Shown here in pieces: positions 10,337 to 19,187 of a stretch of 64,000 nt of DNA. The notes beneath the pieces are model-generated. The model was not told the DNA's origin. It did not search any database and worked only from the letters and a program-made list of their open reading frames with translations. Numbering within the stretch: the first letter of the stretch is position 1; each line of letters opens with the position of its first letter. This stretch comes from Leptolyngbyaceae cyanobacterium (GTDB lineage Bacteria > Cyanobacteriota > Cyanobacteriia > Phormidesmidales > Phormidesmidaceae), in NCBI GenBank assembly GCA_965263355.1, contig CBDHHL010000032.1, positions 3,168,001 to 3,232,000 of the forward strand. The letters are read 5' to 3'. The translations under genes and the position numbers were made by a program.

Positions 10337-11626
10337 ATGTCTACAACGATTGCTGCGACATTGCCGCCGTCTACACATCCCCATGCTGATGTTATTCATC
10401 GGCTGGAGGCGGGTGGTTCTATGCTGCCGGATACGCCGGAAAACCTGATGCAGATCATTGGGATTTATAAGGCCTATGCGGTTCCCATGGATTTCTACTG
10501 GCGGGATTTGTTGTATATCGCTGAGCAGGTGTTTCTGGAACCGCTGCCGTTCTTTAAGTACTTTATTTCCAAGGAGTATTTAGACCGCCACAACGTATAT
10601 GCTGGAGACAAATCACCGTTGAGAATCTGGCGTGGGCAGGGAGAAGCTCATCCCGAACTGACGGACTTTATCACCCAAGGAGCGTGGAACCGTAAGTTAC
10701 CTCGGTTGCTGCACCACCTTGGCCATGACCGCATCAATATGGAGTTTGCCGAAGCTTGTATGCGGGCGATGTTCTGGCACGAGGACATTAATCCTAAATT
10801 TAATGCCTATCTCTACAGTGATGACTACAGGGTGGCGGCGGACAAGGCAATTAAGGCTTACTTCAAAGGTAATGTGGTTATGTCGGGGCTATATAAGCTA
10901 TTCCCCGACATGTTCCTGGAGCAAGTGCGCCAGAGGTCTTACTATGCCAACCTGGGTCTCTTTTGGGAGGTAATGGCTCCGGTTTTCTTTGAGATGTCGG
11001 ATATCTATGATGAGGGTGGTTTTAAAGGAGTGCCCGATGCCATGGAATTTTTGGTGAATGGCATTTTTGCGGTGGCAGGGCGTCCTATTTATCACCATGT
11101 TTATATCGGTGGCGAATGCTTTGAGATTATTCCCAAGTCAGCAGGAATGACTTGGCTGTATGAAGCAGCCTTGCCCTATGTAGAGGCGGTTTTTTATCGC
11201 ACAACACCATTTAGAGGGACTAAATCCTACGATGCCCAGGTACATCAGGTACCCCGTGATCAGTCAGACTTTCACTATGGCATTCTCTATGCCGATGTGT
11301 TTCCAGTCGGTAGTGCTGGCATTCCCCCCACGCTGCTGATGCATGATATGCTGCGCTTTCTGCCCCCATATTTGGAGGACTATTACCAGCAGCACTGTCG
11401 GGGTGAAGATGACCAGCTAGTTCAGTTGGGTATCACGTTTCAGCGCTCGATGTATAACGTTACATCGGCAGTGATTCAAGCCCTACGAGCAGCCCTGTAT
11501 TACCCACTGGATGATCCGAACCCGGAGCATTTGATGGCTAACCGACGCTTTTTTGAGCAGCAGATGGATCGGTTGACGCGATCAGAGGCCCGTTTGCGTG
11601 ATATTCAGACGGCTGACTATCGCTAA
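10337..11626 (+). CDS. cupA: CO2 hydration protein CupA/ChpY
   Basis: HRLEAGGSMLPDTPENLMQIIGIYKAY, DRINMEFAEACM; operon context; ATG start at 10337. Confidence 0.93.
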   Translation: MSTTIAATLPPSTHPHADVIHRLEAGGSMLPDTPENLMQIIGIYKAYAVPMDFYWRDLLYIAEQVFLEPLPFFKYFISKEYLDRHNVYAGDKSPLRIWRGQGEAHPELTDFITQGAWNRKLPRLLHHLGHDRINMEFAEACMRAMFWHEDINPKFNAYLYSDDYRVAADKAIKAYFKGNVVMSGLYKLFPDMFLEQVRQRSYYANLGLFWEVMAPVFFEMSDIYDEGGFKGVPDAMEFLVNGIFAVAGRPIYHHVYIGGECFEIIPKSAGMTWLYEAALPYVEAVFYRTTPFRGTKSYDAQVHQVPRDQSDFHYGILYADVFPVGSAGIPPTLLMHDMLRFLPPYLEDYYQQHCRGEDDQLVQLGITFQRSMYNVTSAVIQALRAALYYPLDDPNPEHLMANRRFFEQQMDRLTRSEARLRDIQTADYR

Positions 11627-11711
11627 AAAATGGTGTGGTGTGGCGTTCCATGGAACGTCCCTATAGCGTCAACGATGATCTACTAGATGTCTTCTGAATT
11701 TTGCTTTGATC

Positions 11712-12113
11712 ATGTCAACTATTGTCGATATTGCCCTTAACACCCCTGGTTTTGAAACCTTGGTTGCAGCTGTGCAGGCGGCTAACTTGGTAGAAACATT
11801 ACAGGGAGAAGGGCCATTTACGGTATTTGCTCCCAATGACGATGCCTTTGCAAAGCTGCCGCCCAATACAGTGAATAATTTGGTGCAAAACCCTCCGCAG
11901 TTAGGTCGTATTCTTTGTTACCATGTCGTCCCTGGTATCTGGGAGGCTGCACAATTGCGGCAGATGTCTCAGGTGGTATCGGTGGAAGGATCGCCCATTC
12001 CTATTCGTAGCCATAGTCCTCTAGAAGTGAAAAATGCGACTGTGATTGCTGAGGACATTAAGGCTATAAACGGAATAATTCATGTCATTGATACAGTCAT
12101 ATTGATGGGCTAG
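11712..12113 (+). CDS. cupS: Fasciclin-domain protein CupS
   Basis: [17 protein letters not shown] and [11 protein letters not shown]1 motifs; downstream of cupA. Confidence 0.85.
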   Translation: MSTIVDIALNTPGFETLVAAVQAANLVETLQGEGPFTVFAPNDDAFAKLPPNTVNNLVQNPPQLGRILCYHVVPGIWEAAQLRQMSQVVSVEGSPIPIRSHSPLEVKNATVIAEDIKAINGIIHVIDTVILMG

Positions 12114-12165
12114 CCCATGGTTAAATCCTGCGCTATAGTCTGAGTCTTGTGTCAAAATGTAAAGC

Positions 12166-13215
12166 GTGTGGATTACTTCGTCTCCTACGTCAGCTAAAAA
12201 GCCGACTAAAATTGCTCTTGGTAACTTTGATGGTGTTCATCTTGGCCACCAGCGGGTTATTCAGCCTGTTTTGACCCACAAGGGTGGTATGCCATCCTTG
12301 ATTTTAGCTGAAGATATTTGTTTGCAGGCTGCTGAGGCTTATGGTTATAGCTATTTGCCAGAGACTGGGATTGCAGACCAACTGACTGTCCCATCGTCTG
12401 GATTTTCTGACTGGGCATCGGTAGTGACTTTTTTTCCCCATCCCAGAGAGTTTTTCTCAGGTCGGTCTCGTCCGTTGTTAACGCCATTAGAGGAAAAGAG
12501 CCGTCAGCTGGCTTGTTTGGGGGTAGATCAGCTTGTATTACTGCCATTTAATGCGGCCCTGGCGAATCTAGATGCGGTTACGTTTGTAGAACAGACATTA
12601 ATTAAGGATTTGCAGGCGACCCACATTAGTGTGGGCAGTGATTTCCATTTTGGTAAGGATCGTGGCGGTAATGCGGAGTTGTTAAGTGAGATTGCCGCCT
12701 GTCAGAATATCCCAGTTACCATCGTACCTCTGCACAATGATGATGAAGGGCGCATCAGCAGCTCACGTATTCGCCAAGCCTTGAGCGATGGCGAAATTAC
12801 TAAAGCCAACGGCTTGTTGGGACGGTCCTATACCTTAACTGGGACGGTCGTTCTGGGGCAACAACTAGGCCGTACCCTTGGTTTCCCTACTGCAAACCTG
12901 AAGCTGCCCAGTGATAAGTTGATTCCTCGCCAGGGTGTATACAGCGTTAAAGTGTTTGGCATTTGCCCAGAGCAAAAAAACATCCTTGGTGTGATGAATA
13001 TTGGTAATCGCCCTACTGTTGATGGGCAGTCGATGAGTGTCGAGGTACACATATTTGACTGGGAAGGGGATTTATATGGGAAAACGATCTCGGTCAGTTT
13101 AGAGAGTTTTATCCGACCAGAACGAAAATTTGAATCGTTAGATGCCTTAAAAGTGCAGATCGCACAAGATTGTGAAACGGTAAGAGGTTTTTTTCAGCAA
13201 ATATTAGTTGGATAG
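12166..13215 (+). CDS. ribF: Bifunctional riboflavin kinase/FAD synthetase
   Basis: GNFDGVHLGH, ISSSRIR, GRTLGFPTAN, NIGNRPT. Confidence 0.96.
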   Translation: MWITSSPTSAKKPTKIALGNFDGVHLGHQRVIQPVLTHKGGMPSLILAEDICLQAAEAYGYSYLPETGIADQLTVPSSGFSDWASVVTFFPHPREFFSGRSRPLLTPLEEKSRQLACLGVDQLVLLPFNAALANLDAVTFVEQTLIKDLQATHISVGSDFHFGKDRGGNAELLSEIAACQNIPVTIVPLHNDDEGRISSSRIRQALSDGEITKANGLLGRSYTLTGTVVLGQQLGRTLGFPTANLKLPSDKLIPRQGVYSVKVFGICPEQKNILGVMNIGNRPTVDGQSMSVEVHIFDWEGDLYGKTISVSLESFIRPERKFESLDALKVQIAQDCETVRGFFQQILVG

Positions 13216-13845
13216 TGTTATCAGGTTTCTGGTTGCTTGCTTTTGCTTCGTGTGGATACTTTTCATGTGCTTCTTGACTGTATTTGGAGTAATCCCCAAT
13301 TCTACAGAAATTTGCTTGTAGGTTAAGTCATGACGATGTAGAAACCAGACCTCTTTTTCCCTAGGAGTAAGCCCATATTGTTCAACCTCTTCAATAAGAA
13401 TATTTTCGACAGCCTGCTGGCGATCTTCAATCATGAGTACAAGGCATGGATGCTCCAGTTGCTCAAGCTTTAGCCATTGAGAACGAATGTGTAGAATGGT
13501 GGCATCTTGGGTTACGATATCAAATTCAGTCAACCAGTTTTGTTTTGGAAAGTGGTGTCGACTTTGAATTAGAGATTGACAAATATGCCAAATTTCTTCA
13601 GGAATTTTGTTGCTTGCCGAGCACTTGGGTCGCAGCCGATTTAAAATTTTGTGGGCACCGTTGCTAGCATAAATTAATTGTTGTTGCTCTGTAAAGACTA
13701 GAATAGCATCAATTAATTCCTGGATCAGGTCTACAGCAAAGGAAGGTTTTTTATTTTTTTGCGTAGATGGTTTTCTAGAAGTCTGCTGATTGGAGTCCTG
13801 CCTGCTTACTACCCTAAGACTAGTATTGAGAGGAGATACTTCCAT
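13204..13845 (-). CDS. PAS-like + LuxR-type HTH transcriptional regulator
   Basis: C-terminal LTPREKEV...TYKQISVELGITPNTVKKHMKSI; N-terminal ILVF....LIYAS PAS-like start. Confidence 0.85.
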   Translation of the reverse strand: MEVSPLNTSLRVVSRQDSNQQTSRKPSTQKNKKPSFAVDLIQELIDAILVFTEQQQLIYASNGAHKILNRLRPKCSASNKIPEEIWHICQSLIQSRHHFPKQNWLTEFDIVTQDATILHIRSQWLKLEQLEHPCLVLMIEDRQQAVENILIEEVEQYGLTPREKEVWFLHRHDLTYKQISVELGITPNTVKKHMKSIHTKQKQATRNLITLSN

Positions 13846-13965
13846 GATAGCTACTATGTTACGGGGGTTAATCTTGAATTCGCATACCAGAAAAGAAGAG
13901 TTGACGATGAAAATGACTGGGTTAGAAAGTAATATTATTTGAGCCTAAAAAAGACAAGTTTACCT

Positions 13966-14919
13966 TTAGAGAGAAACTGTTAGCGCTATTTGTTCTATCA
14001 TCCAATGGCAAACCTTGTTGACTTCTATACCTGGCCATTGTTGACTTTGATTAGCGAGTTGTACAGTTGGGGTTGGCAGTATTGATACAGTGACATCTTT
14101 GAAATCTTGATTCTGGTGGTTCTGAAGCTGTCTAGTGAGACTGCTGTTATGGCTTCTGATTGCAGGTAATGTTTGGTGAATTAGCCACTGAGCAACAGTG
14201 TTGATGGCTAATTCTGACCAGTCTGTGGTGTTTATGACTGCGTTAGGAGGATTGGTATTGCTATCAATGCCATTGTCGTCTACCTCAGTGACAGCAGCAC
14301 GAATCTCTCGAGAATTAATGTACTCCGCCTGCATCATTGCTCGAAACGAAGGATATCGATCAGCTCCAGGTAACCAGTCTGCTAAGAACCAGGCCTCCCA
14401 TTCTCCATCTTCTGTCATGACATCGGGATTCAGAAGATAAAGAGCAGCATCGTTCACTTCGCTAATTTCTAGAGCTGTTTCCAAATAGTTAACCCTGATT
14501 TGGCGACAGTCTTGCTCCTCTCCGTAAACAAAATACTCCTCATCGGTTATGGTTGATTGGCTAGCTGTACCATTGATATCTGAAGATGGGCTGTTGTCAT
14601 AGCGCTCAAGCCATTGCTGAAACCACTCTGGGTGAGTCTCAGCAAACCAGGCAATTTTGTCGACGGACCAGAGATGCTTAATAAAAGGAGTGGTTTCTTT
14701 CCATCCGTTGCTGGCTTTGAGAAATGCTCGATAGGAAGGTGGCAACGTGATACCTAGCCTAGCTTCAACTGCCAAAATTTGTTCTTCAGTAGCACCTGGA
14801 TAGCCTAACCATTGTTCCTGCTGATCCTTGTCCAAGTTTTGGAGCTGCTGATCTTGCCCATCCTCTAATATCTCCTGACTCCATTGTTTCAGGAACTCTG
14901 ACCAATTAAAGTGAGTCAT
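13966..14919 (-). CDS. SMI1/KNR4 (SUKH) domain protein with an uncharacterised C-terminal extension
   Basis: WLGYPGATEEQI...EARLG..LPPSYRAFLKASNGW and LLNP.V..EDGEWEAW..A.W.PGA.RY.SF; ATG at 14919 lies 13 nt after the upstream stop. Confidence 0.85.
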   Translation of the reverse strand: MTHFNWSEFLKQWSQEILEDGQDQQLQNLDKDQQEQWLGYPGATEEQILAVEARLGITLPPSYRAFLKASNGWKETTPFIKHLWSVDKIAWFAETHPEWFQQWLERYDNSPSSDINGTASQSTITDEEYFVYGEEQDCRQIRVNYLETALEISEVNDAALYLLNPDVMTEDGEWEAWFLADWLPGADRYPSFRAMMQAEYINSREIRAAVTEVDDNGIDSNTNPPNAVINTTDWSELAINTVAQWLIHQTLPAIRSHNSSLTRQLQNHQNQDFKDVTVSILPTPTVQLANQSQQWPGIEVNKVCHWMIEQIALTVSL

Positions 14920-14932
14920 TTTTGCAAGGTAT

Positions 14933-15592
14933 TTAAGTGACTTGTAATACAGGGACTTCAATAAAAGTAGGTAATGCCTGCATATTTTCAATGGTTAGTA
15001 GAACTTGCAGACGGTAAATTCCCTTTTGTAAACTGGCAGTCGGTAGATACACAGTATAGGGCTCCTGTTGAGGAGAGAGTTTGGTCGACGTTAGCACTCC
15101 CAAGGACATGCTTTCTCCTCCTTTTAATTTACGAGCATAGCACTCTAGTCGGTACGAGGCATTGTCTGGCACTTGCGTCAGAATATCTTGTTCTAGGAGA
15201 CTAAACCGCACGACTAATGAAAATGGAAAGTTGCCTTTGATCGGACTAGGAAATATCATGTTGGGTTTGTACAGACCCATTGCTGCAACAGCTGAGGGCG
15301 GTTGAAGAATGAATAAATCGTCTATATTAGCTGTGAGCAGTTGGCTGGTGTCCAGGGTTGTTGCCCGTAGAGCAGCAGGAGCGGGTGGAATGACTCCAGC
15401 TACTTGCGATCGCATCCATGATTGTAGATTCTCCTCCTCAATTCCCGACCAGGTTTCTTCCTGTTCTGTCGCTAAGTGACGCACTAGCGTTCGATAATAA
15501 ACATTGTCGTCATCTTGTCTGGCCTGAAACTCAACGGTAAAAGCTGCAAATGTTTGCCAGTTTTCCGGCGTCTGAGGAGTGGGTGAAACCAT
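14933..15592 (-). CDS. Uncharacterised two-domain protein (N-terminal W-x10-W module + C-terminal beta-rich domain)
   Basis: 219-aa ORF in operon arrangement; similarity to neighbouring ORFs. Confidence 0.8.
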   Translation of the reverse strand: MVSPTPQTPENWQTFAAFTVEFQARQDDDNVYYRTLVRHLATEQEETWSGIEEENLQSWMRSQVAGVIPPAPAALRATTLDTSQLLTANIDDLFILQPPSAVAAMGLYKPNMIFPSPIKGNFPFSLVVRFSLLEQDILTQVPDNASYRLECYARKLKGGESMSLGVLTSTKLSPQQEPYTVYLPTASLQKGIYRLQVLLTIENMQALPTFIEVPVLQVT

Positions 15593-15649
15593 GCTAGTGT
15601 CAGTTGCCTCATTTGCTTCCAGAGTAAGGCTAAAGGTGTTACGTAATTG

Positions 15650-15720
15650 CTTATGGCCTGAGGCTAACTTACTGGAACCAGAGATCTCTCCCCGGTTCTA
15701 TAAAGTTAGCCTGGCCTAAG
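15650..15720 (-). terminator. Long imperfect stem-loop between the 188-aa and 219-aa genes (attenuator or mRNA stabiliser)
   Basis: ggctaacttta (15662-15672) pairs with taaagttagcc (15701-15711); further pairing ggaacc/ggttct inside and cttatggcc/ggcctaag outside. Confidence 0.55.
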
Positions 15721-15734
15721 TCCGCTGACTGTAC

Positions 15735-16301
15735 TTATGCGTCGTAAACTTGCATCAATACGCCTGCAACATAGCCTGCACCCAAGAGACATGGAGCACA
15801 AGGGTGATCGGACATTTCGATGTTAGCGACGGCTGCTATGAGGTAGAAACCAGGTGTCATGCCAGCAGCGTTGGCTGTGCCAGCCCATTCAATTTCATAC
15901 TCATACGTATCCTTTTGAGTAGTAATAGTGGTGGCAACATCAACTTCAGTCGCGTGACCACCACAGCCTTCGATGCAGAAATTGATTTTAACGTCAATGC
16001 CTAAGCATAGGAGAAGCTTAGTTAGGGGAGTATGATTGAAAACAACCTTGACCTTTAGCTTGAAATACTCGTTCTTTTCAACAATTTGAGCTTTATTAGC
16101 AGGTGCTACTTGCTCTGGAAGAGCTGGATTAGCGACCGATGCTACAACCTGTAATTCGCACATTTCAAATTCAACAGGCCCCAAAATATTTCTGGAGTAT
16201 GTTTCAGAAGATGCATACTCACGAGTTAGTTGCTCACTTTTTGGTCTGGCGGCATTGGGAGAAGCACCAAAAGGCGCTCCTTTGGGAATTGTGATCGACA
16301 T
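15735..16301 (-). CDS. Uncharacterised cysteine-rich beta-rich protein
   Basis: 188-aa ORF with a clear SD (AAGAGGAAAAACCT-ATG); six Cys including CIEGC and CAPC. Confidence 0.85.
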   Translation of the reverse strand: MSITIPKGAPFGASPNAARPKSEQLTREYASSETYSRNILGPVEFEMCELQVVASVANPALPEQVAPANKAQIVEKNEYFKLKVKVVFNHTPLTKLLLCLGIDVKINFCIEGCGGHATEVDVATTITTQKDTYEYEIEWAGTANAAGMTPGFYLIAAVANIEMSDHPCAPCLLGAGYVAGVLMQVYDA

Positions 16302-16741
16302 AGGTTTTTCCTCTTAAATACAGAGTAATTACGATTTTGAGGTAGTAGAGCGAATGCCAATTCAACAATTTGTATTGCTAACTACTGTCATTTGTTGAAC
16401 TGAAGAACTCTTTCTTGCTACCTGAGGTTATGATGCCGAATTCATCTAAGTTTGAAAATTCTCCCATGGGGATACCCTGATTGGGGTGATCAGCTTTTGA
16501 GGTGATCATGCTAGATGTAGTGGCATGTTCTGGGGTTTCCCCTTAAAAAACACTATATGAGCTACTCTACCTATAAGGCAGAACCTGATTGAGCCCTCTA
16601 CTCAGATGTGAGCTTGAATGAGAAAATGCATAAACTAGACGGTTTTGTCGTGTGTAGGTGGTACCCAGGCAGGGTACTTTTAGGACCAAAATCAGGGTAG
16701 ATCTAAAAAAATACGATTAACATTCTGTAAAAATTAGGGCA

Positions 16742-17185
16742 ATGTTTATGGATAGTGTCAGCATTCACAGTATGCCGATTCTTTGCCAAATGCAGGATTT
16801 GGTCATCGTGACAAGCCAGACGGATCAGACTGCCACTGATACAATTTTGTGGCATGACAAACCCTTTTCAGTTCAAGTGTCACTAAGGTTTCAGGGGACT
16901 AATGCGATCGCATTACTAGCCTTGAGCCCGATTATTCAAGTCGACTTCTATGCCAGGTCTTTACAAGCTGGTTCAAATCTGGATTTAGGTGTTGTCACTG
17001 TTGAAACAGCCATTGAGTCTATAAATTATACACCTACTCTACAGTTGAATTCACCCACGGAAATTGGCTTTACGGCAACGGCTGTCTATCGTATAGGAGC
17101 CTTGGTTAGAATCGGTGCATTGGATCAACCTGGGTTACTCTGTGGTGTATTAGAAAATCTTGTAGTACAAATTTATCGAAATTAG
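16742..17185 (+). CDS. Uncharacterised beta-rich protein, paralogous to the two divergent ORFs
   Basis: 147-aa ORF; shared motifs PFSV.V, YAR.L..G....LGV, YRI, VQIY. Confidence 0.8.
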   Translation: MFMDSVSIHSMPILCQMQDLVIVTSQTDQTATDTILWHDKPFSVQVSLRFQGTNAIALLALSPIIQVDFYARSLQAGSNLDLGVVTVETAIESINYTPTLQLNSPTEIGFTATAVYRIGALVRIGALDQPGLLCGVLENLVVQIYRN

Positions 17186-17495
17186 TAGAACGTTGATCAA
17201 TAACCTCATCCTAAATCCACGCTTAAATCATATCGTTGTAGTACAAATGCTTCGTTGCAATATATCGTCTTGTCTAAGTAAACTTAGTTGACATTTTAAG
17301 ATAAGGTTTCCAGATTAAAGAATGAATAGGCTGAATCAGTTAGCTGAGGCTTAGTATCTTCATCGATATTATGCTTGAGCTTTAACATGTTTAGTCTTGA
17401 CATCGTGCATCTCAAGAACAATTTCTTTTATCAGTAGCAAATTTGATTGTGCTTCAGCTAATCCAATATCCCTGTAAGATATTTTTATACATATC

Positions 17496-18083
17496 ATGGA
17501 AGTTTTTGCTGATTGGGAGAATGTTCTTCCAGTAAGTTCTTTAAAAGATCATGACGAACCGGATTTTCTTTGGAGTATTCTTGAAAGTTCAATTCAGGGG
17601 ATTCTAATATTACATGATGTTGATCATTTGCTCTACGCTAATCAACATGCGTGCAGAATTCTACGCAAGATGGATCCAACGTTTTCCCAAAAAAGTGCTC
17701 TTCCAGAAGAGATAAATTATATTTTTCGGTCTCTTCAAGAAATTCGTCACCTGTTTCCCAAGCAAGATTGGCTGATAGAAACCAAAATTCTGACTGATCA
17801 ATCAGCAAGCTTTGAAATCCAGGCACGCTGGACCCATTTGAAGTCAACAAACTCCAAGTGTTTACTTTTGATGCTGCAAGATTCTGATCAGCAACGCCAG
17901 GATATTGCCTTGGAGGAAGCAACTCGCTATAACCTGACTGCCCGCGAAACCGATGTTTGGCTATTATACAGAGTAGGTTATGCGTATAAAGAAATTGCTG
18001 TAGAGCTAGATATTACATCAAATACGGTGAAAAAGCATATGAAAAATATTTGGGCCAAGCAGCAGTCTCAGGCAGACGATTAG
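17496..18083 (+). CDS. PAS-like + LuxR-type HTH transcriptional regulator (paralog of 13204-13845)
   Basis: LTARETDV...YKEIAVELDITSNTVKKHMKNI; shares PEEI, RH.FPKQ.WL.E and CL.LM..D with the paralog. Confidence 0.85.
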   Translation: MEVFADWENVLPVSSLKDHDEPDFLWSILESSIQGILILHDVDHLLYANQHACRILRKMDPTFSQKSALPEEINYIFRSLQEIRHLFPKQDWLIETKILTDQSASFEIQARWTHLKSTNSKCLLLMLQDSDQQRQDIALEEATRYNLTARETDVWLLYRVGYAYKEIAVELDITSNTVKKHMKNIWAKQQSQADD

Positions 18084-18100
18084 ATCCCATAGGAACCTGT

Positions 18101-18994
18101 TTAACTTAAGCGACTTAGCCATAAAACGATAGGGAGTGTCCCCAGACTAAAGAGTGTCGATACTACAATGGTTCTTGCTACGCGTACGGTATCGCCTCCC
18201 AGTTCGGTGACCCAAATTAATGAATTAACTGCCACAGGCATAGCTGACTGCAATACCACTACCTGACGATCTATACCAGTGAGACCCACTAGGCTAGCAA
18301 TATTAAAGGCTATTAACGGTGATATCACTAGCCGGAGTCCTGAGCCCATCAGTTCATAACGTCCGCAGACAAAAGGGGTTTCGGATAGCTGTATGCCTAG
18401 CATTAATAGAGCAACTGGGATTGCGCCTTCACTGAGCAGGGTGACACCCCGTTCGATAGGGAGAGGCATTGCGGTACCCGAACCTTGGAGGAAAATGCCT
18501 GCGATCGCAGCCCATAGAACTGGTAAACACAGGGTATACCGTAACCCTTTGAGCACCCCTTCCCCTTTGAGCACGATGGGAAATACACTGGCGGACATTA
18601 AACTGACCCCCACCAGGTAAACAATCGCGCGTTCTAACCCCTCTTCTCCTAAGGAAAAGAGAACAAATGGTAGCCCCATATTACCGACATTGGCAAAGAT
18701 TGTTGTGGCGATTAGACTCTTTTTTTGATCGGAGGAGAACTTGAGAAAATTGCCGAGAATAACGGCAAGAAGATAGAGGAGACTGGTGTGGATGACAAAG
18801 GTAAGAAGGATTGCGATCGCATTCCCAAATGCCAATGTAGTTTTAGCCAAGCTATGGAGTACCAACGCAGGTACCAGGGCATAAATACTTAGTTTTGCCA
18901 GGGTTTGGCGCTCCAGTGCAAACACGTGCCCTACCCAAATCCCCACCAAGGCCACCAGTGCAATGGGTAAAACCGCTGAAATTAAAATTTCCAT
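18101..18994 (-). CDS. AEC (auxin efflux carrier/malate permease) family transporter
   Basis: Multi-TM; FANVGNMGLP, QSAMPVAVN. Confidence 0.88.
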   Translation of the reverse strand: MEILISAVLPIALVALVGIWVGHVFALERQTLAKLSIYALVPALVLHSLAKTTLAFGNAIAILLTFVIHTSLLYLLAVILGNFLKFSSDQKKSLIATTIFANVGNMGLPFVLFSLGEEGLERAIVYLVGVSLMSASVFPIVLKGEGVLKGLRYTLCLPVLWAAIAGIFLQGSGTAMPLPIERGVTLLSEGAIPVALLMLGIQLSETPFVCGRYELMGSGLRLVISPLIAFNIASLVGLTGIDRQVVVLQSAMPVAVNSLIWVTELGGDTVRVARTIVVSTLFSLGTLPIVLWLSRLS

Positions 18995-19187
18995 TAAAGT
19001 GCAACCCAGCGATAAAAAAGCCTTTATATCCTAGCGTTTTAACCAGTTTCAGGCCGAGAAGCGATGGGGGCAGATGAATGAGGTCACAGACATCAAGGAT
19101 TGCACTTAATAGACAGCTTACGAGAGTTGAGGATGGTCTCAGTGACTCTTTCTCAAAAAGTGTCTAGAACTCTAAAAAACAATTTCC

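Noticed and set aside
12280..12420. Insertion in the RibF adenylyltransferase domain as an intein or mobile element
   Set aside because: Only about 40 aa with no intein terminal motifs; more likely a variable loop
14920..14991. N-terminal 24 aa of the 341-aa SMI1 ORF
   Set aside because: Overlaps the upstream gene; ATG 14919 fits the SMI1 domain start and operon spacing
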